44,839 bases of DNA, taken from the sequence record SRR22947725_398. One strand, 5' to 3'. The position numbers were made by a program, and so were the translations under genes. Under the pieces are notes generated by a model. The model did no database searches and had not been told where the DNA came from. It worked only from the letters and a program-made list of their open reading frames with translations. Shown here piece after piece: positions 7,991 to 17,207 of the stretch; the stretch's first letter is position 1; each line of letters opens with the position of its first letter.

Positions 7991-9178
7991 ATGAAACTCT
8001 TGCATAATATTGAACTTGCCTACTGCACCAATGTTCACCGAGGCAGTACATGGGTGGAAACTTTCCACGCCTTGGAAAACTATGTTTTACAAGTGAAGAA
8101 TTTAGTCTGTCCGGATAAGCCATTTGCAATTGGGTTACGCCTGGGTGCAACGGCCGCTCAATCGCTTGCCGATCCCAAAACATTACTCTCCTTCCAAAAT
8201 TGGCTTGAAAAAAAGAACTGCTATATTTTTACGATTAATGGTTTCCCATATGGCGAATTCCATGGCACGCGGGTAAAAGAACAGGTCTATCGACCGGACT
8301 GGACCGATCCGGATCGCCTGGATTACACTTTACTTCTTTTTGAAATTCTCGAGCAATTATTGCAACCGGGCGAAGAAGGAAGCGTCAGTACGCTGCCAGG
8401 ATCTTTTAAAGAATTTCATGCCCCTGGAAAAATTCCTGAAGCCGTGTTTGAAAATATTAACCGTTGTGCACTGGGGATTGAGAAAATCAGACAAAAAAAA
8501 GGACTGGATCTCCACCTTGGACTCGAGCCCGAACCACTTGGCTCCTTTGAAACGACGGAAGAAACTCTTTCTTTTTTTGACCAGCTGCATGGATTTGCTC
8601 AATCTCCCCATTTAAAAGAAACCGTTGGAGTGAACTATGATTGTTGTCACTTGGCCGTGGAATATGAGGATGCGCAGGAAGGACTCAATCAATTAGCGGA
8701 AGCGGAAATTCGCCTAAGTAAGTTACATTTAAGTTCTGCCTTGCGGGCGGAACCAAGTACGAAAAACCTTCAGTTGCTCCATTCATTCGTCGAAGAGGTT
8801 TACCTCCATCAAGTGGTGGTGGGAAAAAAGGGAAAAATTTTACAACGCCATAAGGACCTCGATCTTGCCTTGGCGCATGCTAATTCTGGAAACCAGGAAC
8901 TGGGAGATGAATGGCGAATTCATTTTCATGTTCCATTACATACTTCTCCCAGCTCGACCTTGCATGATACCAAGCAACATGTTCTCGATACCCTGGACTG
9001 GTTGGCAAGAAACCCAAACGCGTGCAGGCATTTGGAAATGGAAACCTACACATGGGAAGTTCTCCCCACTGAACTACAATCGGTTGAGGTTGTGGAACAG
9101 ATTGCCAAAGAATATGAATGGACCTTAAATGCACTTTCCCAACGCGGATTAGCCAACGGGGAACCATCCACTTCATAA
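7991..9178 (+). CDS. eboE: EboE (sugar-phosphate isomerase/epimerase-like TIM barrel)
   Basis: AYCTNVH, TINGFPYGEFH..VKEQVYRPDW, LEPEP, YDCCH, YLHQ, WRIHFHVPL and HLEMETYTW motifs; ebo gene context. Confidence 0.9.
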   Translation: MKLLHNIELAYCTNVHRGSTWVETFHALENYVLQVKNLVCPDKPFAIGLRLGATAAQSLADPKTLLSFQNWLEKKNCYIFTINGFPYGEFHGTRVKEQVYRPDWTDPDRLDYTLLLFEILEQLLQPGEEGSVSTLPGSFKEFHAPGKIPEAVFENINRCALGIEKIRQKKGLDLHLGLEPEPLGSFETTEETLSFFDQLHGFAQSPHLKETVGVNYDCCHLAVEYEDAQEGLNQLAEAEIRLSKLHLSSALRAEPSTKNLQLLHSFVEEVYLHQVVVGKKGKILQRHKDLDLALAHANSGNQELGDEWRIHFHVPLHTSPSSTLHDTKQHVLDTLDWLARNPNACRHLEMETYTWEVLPTELQSVEVVEQIAKEYEWTLNALSQRGLANGEPSTS

Positions 9179-9200
9179 CAGACCGCAAGGGTACAAATTG

Positions 9201-10127
9201 ATGAAATCCTTTCTGCACCAAGCTTTTACCTTAGCCAGAGTATCGAACTTACCGACTGTCTGGACTAATGTCCTGGCGGCGTGGGCAATCAATGCGACTG
9301 CCAGTTCAACATTTAAAATCATGCCAGAAGTTTGTGATTTTGCTTTTTTTGACTGGAACACTTTTGTCTACTTACTCATCGGTTCGAGCCTAATTTATGC
9401 AGGGGGTTGCACATTGAATGACGCCTTTGATCAAGATTTCGACCAAGCGCACAACCCCAAACGCCCATTGCCAAGCGGTTCCATATCAGCCCAGACCGTT
9501 TGGATTCTCGGCAGCCTGGAGCTCATCCTGGGAGGGGTTCTTTTAGTAACGGTAGCGGGTTGCGAAAAGACCTGGGTATTCGCTCTGATTGCTTCCGTAC
9601 TTTTTTATGATTACATTCATAAAAAATGGGCCGGGGGAATTATAATCATGGGAGGATGCCGATTTTTTCTCTGGCTTGTCGCGGCAACCGCAGCAGGAAA
9701 ATCTGAACTTGCACCCCAAAGCTTGATTTGGGCATCTGTTCTTGCCTCCTATATTATTGGAATAAGTTGGTTCGCTCGGGGAGAATCCCAAAAGAAAACA
9801 GAGCCGGTTCAATACTCAATAATCCTGCTCTTTTCCACCCCACTGATCGCCCTCGCTCTATTGGTATATTGGAATCAACTCGATCCCATTCGAGTATTTC
9901 TATGCAACCTGACCGGTCTGTTGGTTGCGTGGATTGCCTTTAGTTCAATCTTACTGATGAGAGAGGAGAAAAAGGGGGCCATCGGGAAGGGTGTTTCTCG
10001 CTTGCTTGCAGGGATTTGTGCATTGGATGCAACCGCCCTATCATTCTATGCACCAAGCCTGATTGCGCCCTGTCTCTGTTGTTTATCGATCGCTGTATTA
10101 ATGCAAAAGAAGTTTGCGGCGACATGA
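9201..10127 (+). CDS. eboC: UbiA-family prenyltransferase, EboC-like
   Basis: RVSNLPT, NDAFDQDFD..NPKRPLPSG, YDYIHKK and MGGCR motifs; multiple TM helices; ebo gene context. Confidence 0.82.
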   Translation: MKSFLHQAFTLARVSNLPTVWTNVLAAWAINATASSTFKIMPEVCDFAFFDWNTFVYLLIGSSLIYAGGCTLNDAFDQDFDQAHNPKRPLPSGSISAQTVWILGSLELILGGVLLVTVAGCEKTWVFALIASVLFYDYIHKKWAGGIIIMGGCRFFLWLVAATAAGKSELAPQSLIWASVLASYIIGISWFARGESQKKTEPVQYSIILLFSTPLIALALLVYWNQLDPIRVFLCNLTGLLVAWIAFSSILLMREEKKGAIGKGVSRLLAGICALDATALSFYAPSLIAPCLCCLSIAVLMQKKFAAT

Positions 10128-10149
10128 TAGTCTGAATAGATTTTCAAGC

Positions 10150-11337
10150 ATGAATTCATCCTACTCATACATTCGAAAAAACATTCGCCTGGAATGTTCG
10201 CACAAGGTGTATTTTACCAAAGGATCATTTTCTACCAAAAATGATACTTTAGCCGAGATCCTTCAACCCCATCGAGAAGGTATTAAAACCAAGGCATTGG
10301 TTTTTGTGGATGAAGGAATAATCGATGGTAATCCCAATTTACTTGAACATATTGCAAGTTATTTCCGCTCGCGGGAAGATCGTATTAACTTAGTGTGTTC
10401 GCCCCAGTTCATTCAAGGGGGAGAACCGGCAAAGAATGATTGGTCTTTGGTGGAGAAAATATGGGAATTACTAAACCGGTATTCCATGTGCCGACATTCC
10501 TATGTGATCGTGATTGGAGGGGGTGCCGCACTTGACTTGGTTGGGTTTGCTGCCTCCACAGCACACCGCGGGGTTCGTCTGGTACGATTTCCCACCACAA
10601 CACTGAGCCAGGGAGATGGTGGAGTCGGGGTGAAAAATGGAGTTAATTATTTTGGAAAAAAGAATTGGATTGGTACCTTTTCTGTTCCGGAGGCAGTGGT
10701 AAATGATTTTAACTTTCTCCTGGGACTACCCCACTCCCAAAAACGAGCAGGTTATGTGGAAGCCATCAAAGTAGCGTTAATACGAGACCGGTCATTTTTT
10801 GAATTTATTGAAGAAAATGCAGAAAATCTTTCTTCTTTTAATGAAAACCTTCTCGAACAAGTGATCAAAAAGAGTGCGGCTCTCCATCTCGATCATATTG
10901 CCAGTTCGGGCGACCCTTTTGAAAAAGGCTCCGCCCGACCACTCGACTTTGGGCACTGGGTCGCCCATAAGCTCGAACAAATATCCGACTTTAAAATTGG
11001 CCACGGAGAAGCCGTTGCAATTGGATTGGCAGTCGACTTGACTTATTCCGCGCTGGTGGGATTAGTTAAAGCTAAAACTACCGAGCGCATTTTATGCCTT
11101 TTGGAAACACTCGGTTTTCCCCTCTACCACGATCTCTTAAATGAGATTTCCGCGAATGGAAATCGAGTCATTCTTGAAGGTCTCGAGGAGTTTCGTGAGC
11201 ACTTGGGAGGTGAACTTACGATTACTTTAATCCAGGGAATTGGCGAGGGGATTGAAGTCCATGCGATGGATCGTAAGATCATTCTTGATGCCGTCCGCGA
11301 TTTAAATAATCGCCACATAGCCCTACGAAATGCCTGA
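10150..11337 (+). CDS. eboD: 3-dehydroquinate-synthase-like sugar phosphate cyclase EboD
   Basis: GGGAALD, PTTTLSQGDGGVGVKNG, RPLDFGHWVAHKLE, HGEAVAIG and the EboD-type tail GLEEFREHLGGELTITL. ATG 10150 preferred over TTG 10114. Confidence 0.85.
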   Translation: MNSSYSYIRKNIRLECSHKVYFTKGSFSTKNDTLAEILQPHREGIKTKALVFVDEGIIDGNPNLLEHIASYFRSREDRINLVCSPQFIQGGEPAKNDWSLVEKIWELLNRYSMCRHSYVIVIGGGAALDLVGFAASTAHRGVRLVRFPTTTLSQGDGGVGVKNGVNYFGKKNWIGTFSVPEAVVNDFNFLLGLPHSQKRAGYVEAIKVALIRDRSFFEFIEENAENLSSFNENLLEQVIKKSAALHLDHIASSGDPFEKGSARPLDFGHWVAHKLEQISDFKIGHGEAVAIGLAVDLTYSALVGLVKAKTTERILCLLETLGFPLYHDLLNEISANGNRVILEGLEEFREHLGGELTITLIQGIGEGIEVHAMDRKIILDAVRDLNNRHIALRNA

Positions 11338-12743
11338 TGAATAGCACGGCCAAGAACAGCCCCCGGACGGCTGTTCTTAATCTGGTTGGACTTTGTGGCA
11401 GGCACCTCGGGAAACACACACCAAACCTAGTTGCCTTTGCAGAAAAGCACAAAGGCTATCAGGTCATTGAACCCGTCCTGCCTGCCCTGACCTGTTCGGC
11501 TCAATCGACCTACCTTACCGGGAAGCTTCCAAAAAGTCATGGAATTGTAGCCAATGGTTGGTACGACCGGGAATTAAATGAGCACCATTTTTGGAAACAG
11601 TCCAATCGTTTAGTAAAAGGTAAAAAAATATGGGATATACTTCGGGAAGAAAATCCGGGGTTTTCATGCGCAAACCTATTTTGGTGGTATAACATGCATT
11701 CCTCCGTAGATTATGCGATCACACCCCGACCCCTATACCGGGCAGATGGACTGAAAACTTTTGATATTCATACCCAACCCATGAACCTTCGAGAAAAGAT
11801 CAAGGCGGACTTGGGCGAATTTCCATTTCATGGATTCTGGGGACCGCGTGCCGGGATTGATTCCTCCAATTGGATCGCCGAGTCGGCCAAATGGACAGAA
11901 GAAAAAAACACCCCCGATCTATCACTCGTTTATTTACCCCACCTCGATTATGATCTCCAACGCTTAGGCCCGAACGATCCTAGTATTGCCACTGCACTGC
12001 ACGATTTAGATCGAGTTGCAGGAGATTTAATTTCTTTTTATGAAAAGAAGGGCATTCAAGTACTCCTGCTTTCTGAATATGGAATTTCGGAAGTAAACCA
12101 TGTAATCTACCCCAATCGTGAATTCCGAAAAAAAGGATGGCTCAGTATTAAAGATGAACTCGGACTGGAATATCTTGATTGTGGCGGTTCAAAGGCTTTT
12201 GCTATTACCGACCATCAGGTCGTCCATGTATACCTTTCCGATCAATCCAGTTCATTTCGAAACGAAGTCCGTTCCTGTCTTGAAAACATGGAGGGTGTGG
12301 ACCGCGTCCTCGATTTGGAATCAAAAAAAGAAATCGGACTCAATCACGAGCGAGCGGGTGACCTCGTGGCATTTTCCAACGAAAACTCCTGGTTTGCTTA
12401 TTACCATTGGGAAGACGATGCCCTTGCTCCAGATTTTGCACGGTGTATCGATGTCCATCGAAAATATGGGTATGATCCAGCCGAACTTTTTGTGGATCCG
12501 ACTCTCTCCTTTCCCTCCCTTCAAGTTGCCCGGAAATTACTAGGGAAAAAATTGGGGTTCCGGACTAACATGAATCTCATTCCACTCGATGCAAGCCTGG
12601 TCAAAGGAAGTCATGGCACACGGACGAAAGATGCTCTTGATTGGCCGATTATTGTAGGTCATGGAATCAAACCATCCAGTTCTCCCCTTCAGTCTACTGA
12701 GGTCATGAATTGTATGTTGAGACTTTGTAAGGCGGAAAGATAA
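11337..12743 (+). CDS. eboF: Alkaline phosphatase/nucleotide pyrophosphatase-family protein EboF
   Basis: PALTCSAQSTYLTG (Thr nucleophile), HGIVANGWY, YLPHLDYDLQR, DVHRKYGYDPAELF, KGSHG; TGATG coupling to eboD. Confidence 0.88.
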   Translation: MNSTAKNSPRTAVLNLVGLCGRHLGKHTPNLVAFAEKHKGYQVIEPVLPALTCSAQSTYLTGKLPKSHGIVANGWYDRELNEHHFWKQSNRLVKGKKIWDILREENPGFSCANLFWWYNMHSSVDYAITPRPLYRADGLKTFDIHTQPMNLREKIKADLGEFPFHGFWGPRAGIDSSNWIAESAKWTEEKNTPDLSLVYLPHLDYDLQRLGPNDPSIATALHDLDRVAGDLISFYEKKGIQVLLLSEYGISEVNHVIYPNREFRKKGWLSIKDELGLEYLDCGGSKAFAITDHQVVHVYLSDQSSSFRNEVRSCLENMEGVDRVLDLESKKEIGLNHERAGDLVAFSNENSWFAYYHWEDDALAPDFARCIDVHRKYGYDPAELFVDPTLSFPSLQVARKLLGKKLGFRTNMNLIPLDASLVKGSHGTRTKDALDWPIIVGHGIKPSSSPLQSTEVMNCMLRLCKAER

Positions 12744-12862
12744 TAAGTCCTTCATATTTTACATAAAAAAGGCAATTTTGTGATTGCTACTCAAAATTAT
12801 GTAATCAAAAACGAAATATTATCTTATTTTTCCGCTTTTCTTAATTCGAACCAAAATCTCAC

Positions 12863-13888
12863 ATGAGCCCAGCCAAAAAAAAACCGATTAATGATGAAGA
12901 AATGGCCCAAAAACTGGTGCTTGCCTACGAAAAAATAAAAGCCCAGGTCCACCAGGTAATCGTCGGTCAGGATGCGGTCCTTGATCAACTATTAATCGCT
13001 ATGCTCGCCCGGGGACATTGCCTGTTGGAAGGTGTACCTGGACTTGCAAAGACCCTAATGATCCGCTCACTCGCTCAGGCAATTGAACTAAGCTTCCGGA
13101 GAATTCAGTTTACTCCCGATCTGATGCCTGCCGATATTACAGGAACTGATATTATACAGGAGGATAAAAAGACCGGACATCGCGAACTGGTTTTTGATAA
13201 AGGACCCATTTTTAGTCAAATCATTCTAGCCGATGAGATTAACCGGACACCTCCTAAAACTCAGGCTGCATTGCTGGAAGCGATGCAGGAACACGATGTG
13301 ACAGTGGGGGGTAAAACTTATCATTTGGAGGAGCCCTTTTTTGTACTGGCAACCCAAAACCCGATTGAACAGGAAGGCACCTATCCACTCCCTGAAGCAC
13401 AACGCGATCGATTTTTATTCCAGATCATTGTGGATTATCCGACCCGTGAAGAAGAAAGGCAAATTGTAGAACAAACCACTTCCACATTTGAATCAAAACT
13501 GGAACCGGTGATTGATGGACCCTCTTTAATCGAGTGCCAGGAAACCGTACGAAAAGTTCCGGTTCCGGATCATGTTTACGACTTCGTACTTGAACTGGTT
13601 CGCGGTGCACGGCCCAAGGAAGAAAACGCAGCAGGCTGGGTTAAGGATTTGATTGATTGGGGGCCCGGTCCCCGTGCATGCCAACAACTCATACTCGGTG
13701 CAAAAGTCCGGGCATTACTAAATGGACGTTTTCATGCCAAGATTGAAGATGTAACTGCCTTGGCACATCCTGTATTACGGCATCGAATTGTTCCCACTTT
13801 TAATGCCGAGGCAGAGGGAATAAGCGTGGATTCATTGATCGACCGACTTATTGAAGAAGTACCGACAAAGAAAGAAGCCGTTTTATAG
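12863..13888 (+). CDS. MoxR-family AAA+ ATPase
   Basis: [66 protein letters not shown]. Confidence 0.95.
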   Translation: MSPAKKKPINDEEMAQKLVLAYEKIKAQVHQVIVGQDAVLDQLLIAMLARGHCLLEGVPGLAKTLMIRSLAQAIELSFRRIQFTPDLMPADITGTDIIQEDKKTGHRELVFDKGPIFSQIILADEINRTPPKTQAALLEAMQEHDVTVGGKTYHLEEPFFVLATQNPIEQEGTYPLPEAQRDRFLFQIIVDYPTREEERQIVEQTTSTFESKLEPVIDGPSLIECQETVRKVPVPDHVYDFVLELVRGARPKEENAAGWVKDLIDWGPGPRACQQLILGAKVRALLNGRFHAKIEDVTALAHPVLRHRIVPTFNAEAEGISVDSLIDRLIEEVPTKKEAVL

Positions 13889-13917
13889 TCCTCTCTTTGC
13901 ACTCCAAGTTACTCTAG

Positions 13918-14838
13918 ATGGCCGGCACATCCGACTTTCTTGTCCCCCAGGAACTTTCCCTCCTCGCCAAGCATCAGGTGCTTGCCAAACGAGTGGTGGA
14001 AGGGTTCTGTTCCGGACTTCACCGCTCCCCACACAAAGGATTCAGTGTTGAATTTAAACAACACCGGGCCTACACACCCGGGGATGAAATCCGCCGTTTA
14101 GACTGGAAAGTATTTGGAAAAACAGACCGTTTTTTCATTCGTGAATATGAAGAGGAAACTAACCTCAGGTGTAACATGCTACTCGATGCAAGCGGATCGA
14201 TGGGATACAAGGGCGACCGGGCGATCAGCCAAACCAAGCTGGATTATGCATCCCGGATGGCCGCCTGCCTGGCGTATTTAATCCTCAGGCAGACTGACAG
14301 TGTGGGCCTGACCGTATTTGATGAAAAAGTGCGAACTCAACTACCCGTTCGTGGGGGTCCTTCCCATGTAAAAAATATTATCGATATTCTAGCTTCCACG
14401 AAAGTGGGGGGGGAGACTGACCTAGGCTCTGTTTTCCATGAACTCGCCCCAAAAATAAAACGACGTGGATTACTCGTACTCTTTTCGGATTGTTTTGGTG
14501 ATTTGGAATCCACACTCAAAGGACTTGCCCATTTTCGACATGCTAAACATGACATCGTAATTTTTCAAATTTGGGATCGGGATGAACTTGATTTTCCTTT
14601 TCAAAATTGGACACGCTTTGAATGTTTGGAAAAACAGGGACTCAAGCATACCGTGGATCCAAAACATCTCCGGGAAGCCTATTTAAAAAACCTAGAAGTT
14701 TTTCGGGATGGATTAACCAAAGGATGTCATCGAAATCGAATCTCTTTGGTACCCATGGTTACCGACCAACCCTATGCCGATGGACTGGGGGCATTTCTTG
14801 CCGCCCGTAATAAAATAAGAAGACCCGCCAGAATATGA
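13918..14838 (+). CDS. DUF58 / vWA-like protein (MoxR partner)
   Basis: GLHRSPHKGFSVEFKQHRAYTPGDEIRRLDWK, EYEEETN, MIDAS DASGSM. Confidence 0.93.
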   Translation: MAGTSDFLVPQELSLLAKHQVLAKRVVEGFCSGLHRSPHKGFSVEFKQHRAYTPGDEIRRLDWKVFGKTDRFFIREYEEETNLRCNMLLDASGSMGYKGDRAISQTKLDYASRMAACLAYLILRQTDSVGLTVFDEKVRTQLPVRGGPSHVKNIIDILASTKVGGETDLGSVFHELAPKIKRRGLLVLFSDCFGDLESTLKGLAHFRHAKHDIVIFQIWDRDELDFPFQNWTRFECLEKQGLKHTVDPKHLREAYLKNLEVFRDGLTKGCHRNRISLVPMVTDQPYADGLGAFLAARNKIRRPARI

Positions 14839-17207
14839 CCTTCTTGAACGGAATTCTCGCTTTTGGGGCAATCGCAGCCTTGGTTCCTTTACTTATTCAT
14901 TTATTGAACCGTAGTCGGTTTAAAGTAGTGGCATGGGGTGCCATTCATTTGCTCGAATCCGTCTTACGTAAAAACCGAAGACAGATACAACTTGAACAAA
15001 TTATTCTGCTGATTATACGGTGTATTATTCCAATCCTTCTCGCCCTTGCACTCGCACGCATGGTGGTCACGGAATGGGGACCTTTTTTAAACCGTATTAT
15101 TCTTCCTCTGGTTGCTCTTGGATTTTTAATCTTTGTTGCCCTACTCCCCCGAGCCAGAATTTGGGGGGGCACACTTTGTGCATGTGTATTGTTATATATC
15201 CTGGGAGCGGAAACGGGAATTATTCCAAATCCAAATAGCCAGGATTCCGTTCGGGCTCTTTCCGGAGATGTTCCATCTTCCACTGTCGTTTTATTAGACG
15301 ATAGTTTTTCAATGAATGCCCAAAACGGTTTTTCCCAGGCCCGTACCTTTTCAACTTCCCTGCTCAATGATCTGGGGAAAGGCTCTGAAGCATCAGTGAT
15401 CAGAATGGGCGGTTCCCCTGCCCCACTTTTCGCAAAACCAACTTCCGAAAAGGACACCCTTGCCCAACGAACTAATTTATTAAAAGCACAGAGCGACCGG
15501 ATCCCATTACTGGATGCTCTGGACGAAGCACTTGGAGCCATTCATTCGGGCAAAAATCCAAAAAAGGAAATTATCCTTCTTTCTGATTTCAGGAAATCAG
15601 ATTGGGAAAACCTCGATCTTGCCGCTTTGTCTTCCTTTAAAGAAAGAATGCGGGAAGAGACTATTCAACCTGTTATGACGATTATTGATTGGGGAAAGGA
15701 TGAAAATCAGAATGTCAGCGTTGAGGAAATCGAATTATCCGCAACAACCGTGGGTATCGGGCAAAATATTAAAATTCGGGCGAACCTTCGAAATGGGGGA
15801 GACAATGTTTATGAAGGCGATTTGGTAGCCCGCTTATTTATTGATGATGCCGACACCCATATTGATGAAGCCATTCTCTCGCTCCCAGCCAAAGAAAGCA
15901 CTCAGGTTTTATTCACTCATCATTTTAAAGAAGCAGGGTCCCATACCATTGGAATTGATCTATCCGTTGCTGACGATCTTCCTCAGGATAACCGTCGGTC
16001 CGCTTCGATTAATGTGATTGATCGATTAGGTGTCCTCCTTATTGATGGGGACCCATCCAAAGAATGGCTTCGTGGAGAGACTGATTTTATCAAACTTGCA
16101 CTTACCCCCTTCTTCGAAGCGGAAGAAAAAAAAGACCTGCAAACTAAGGATCTGATAGATGCTCAAGTTGTGTCAGCAAGTAATTTTGACCCCGTCCAAA
16201 ATTTAAAAGAGCAAAGCCTTGTGGTTTTAGCCAATGTTTCCAAGTTGTCGGAAGAAGGAACCAAGGCAATTGAAACATTTGTTATTGAAGGAGGTGGGCT
16301 TTGGATTTGTGCGGGTGACCAAATGGATTTGGATTGGTATAATAAAGAACTCGGAATTACGGGACCAGGTTTACTTCCCATGCCATTACTTTCAGAAATG
16401 AAAAAGAATACTAACGAAAGTATTCAAACCCGCATTGTATCTTCTTTTTTTGATCACCCTGCCCTCTCACTTTTTAATGATCCTAGAAATGGAAGCCTTG
16501 CCGATGCAGAGATTCATAATTGGATACAACTCGATGAAAGCCGGGCAAAGCTTGAAAAAAATAGTACCGTTCTTGCCCGCCTGGAAACGGGAGATCCTCT
16601 GATCGTCGAAAAGAAGTCAGGGGAAGGAGTTGTGCTCTTCTTAGGCACATCCATTGATACTGACTGGACAAACTTACCCGCCCGTAGTTGCTACCTTCCT
16701 CTTACCCAGCAACTCGCGTCCTATCTGGCGGATCAAGTCACACCTCCACGCAACTTACTTTCCGGTTCGACGATCACTCATTATCTTCCCGATGATCAAT
16801 CGGGAGAAAACTTTCAACTCACCCTACCCAATGGACAGGTACGAACTCTGGTCGCAAATACAAGGGGTGAAAAAGCATTGATTGAATTTACCAACACCCG
16901 CCTTCCAGGCATTTACAAACTGAAGTCGGAAAATAATGAAGTGGTTCATTTTGCGGTGGGTTCATCCTCCTCCGAATCAAGACTTGAACGATTAACGAAA
17001 GAAGAAATTACCGAGAAAACAAAAGGCCTTGCTGAAACGGTTGATATTATTGATGGAACAAATAATAACCCCCTTGCTGCCTATCGAAAACTTGACAGTG
17101 AACGAAAATTTGGAAGGGAAACATGGAAGATTTTATTAAGTGCAGTTCTAGTCTTAATTTTTCTTGAAATTATTTTACAACGAAAATTCGGAAGGGTCGT
17201 ATTATGA
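14835..17207 (+). CDS. BatA-domain membrane protein with vWA, Ig-like and GATase-like domains
   Basis: BatA N-terminus (PLLIHLLNR...LALAR), MIDAS DDSFSM, IILLSDF, beta-rich region ending DDLPQDNRR, W(T)NLP motif, C-terminal TM. Confidence 0.85.
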   Translation: MTFLNGILAFGAIAALVPLLIHLLNRSRFKVVAWGAIHLLESVLRKNRRQIQLEQIILLIIRCIIPILLALALARMVVTEWGPFLNRIILPLVALGFLIFVALLPRARIWGGTLCACVLLYILGAETGIIPNPNSQDSVRALSGDVPSSTVVLLDDSFSMNAQNGFSQARTFSTSLLNDLGKGSEASVIRMGGSPAPLFAKPTSEKDTLAQRTNLLKAQSDRIPLLDALDEALGAIHSGKNPKKEIILLSDFRKSDWENLDLAALSSFKERMREETIQPVMTIIDWGKDENQNVSVEEIELSATTVGIGQNIKIRANLRNGGDNVYEGDLVARLFIDDADTHIDEAILSLPAKESTQVLFTHHFKEAGSHTIGIDLSVADDLPQDNRRSASINVIDRLGVLLIDGDPSKEWLRGETDFIKLALTPFFEAEEKKDLQTKDLIDAQVVSASNFDPVQNLKEQSLVVLANVSKLSEEGTKAIETFVIEGGGLWICAGDQMDLDWYNKELGITGPGLLPMPLLSEMKKNTNESIQTRIVSSFFDHPALSLFNDPRNGSLADAEIHNWIQLDESRAKLEKNSTVLARLETGDPLIVEKKSGEGVVLFLGTSIDTDWTNLPARSCYLPLTQQLASYLADQVTPPRNLLSGSTITHYLPDDQSGENFQLTLPNGQVRTLVANTRGEKALIEFTNTRLPGIYKLKSENNEVVHFAVGSSSSESRLERLTKEEITEKTKGLAETVDIIDGTNNNPLAAYRKLDSERKFGRETWKILLSAVLVLIFLEIILQRKFGRVVL

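Noticed and set aside
10150-11337. Calling this gene housekeeping aroB
   Set aside because: EboD-type motifs (RPLDFGHW, FREHLGG) and the ebo context indicate the paralogous family.
12781-12807. Imperfect inverted repeat TGATTGC-N13-GTAATCA upstream of moxR
   Set aside because: Short, imperfect and in AT-rich sequence; compatible with chance.
14945-15541. 198-aa antisense ORF and similar antisense ORFs across the large genes
   Set aside because: Fully nested opposite well-supported CDSs, with no motifs.
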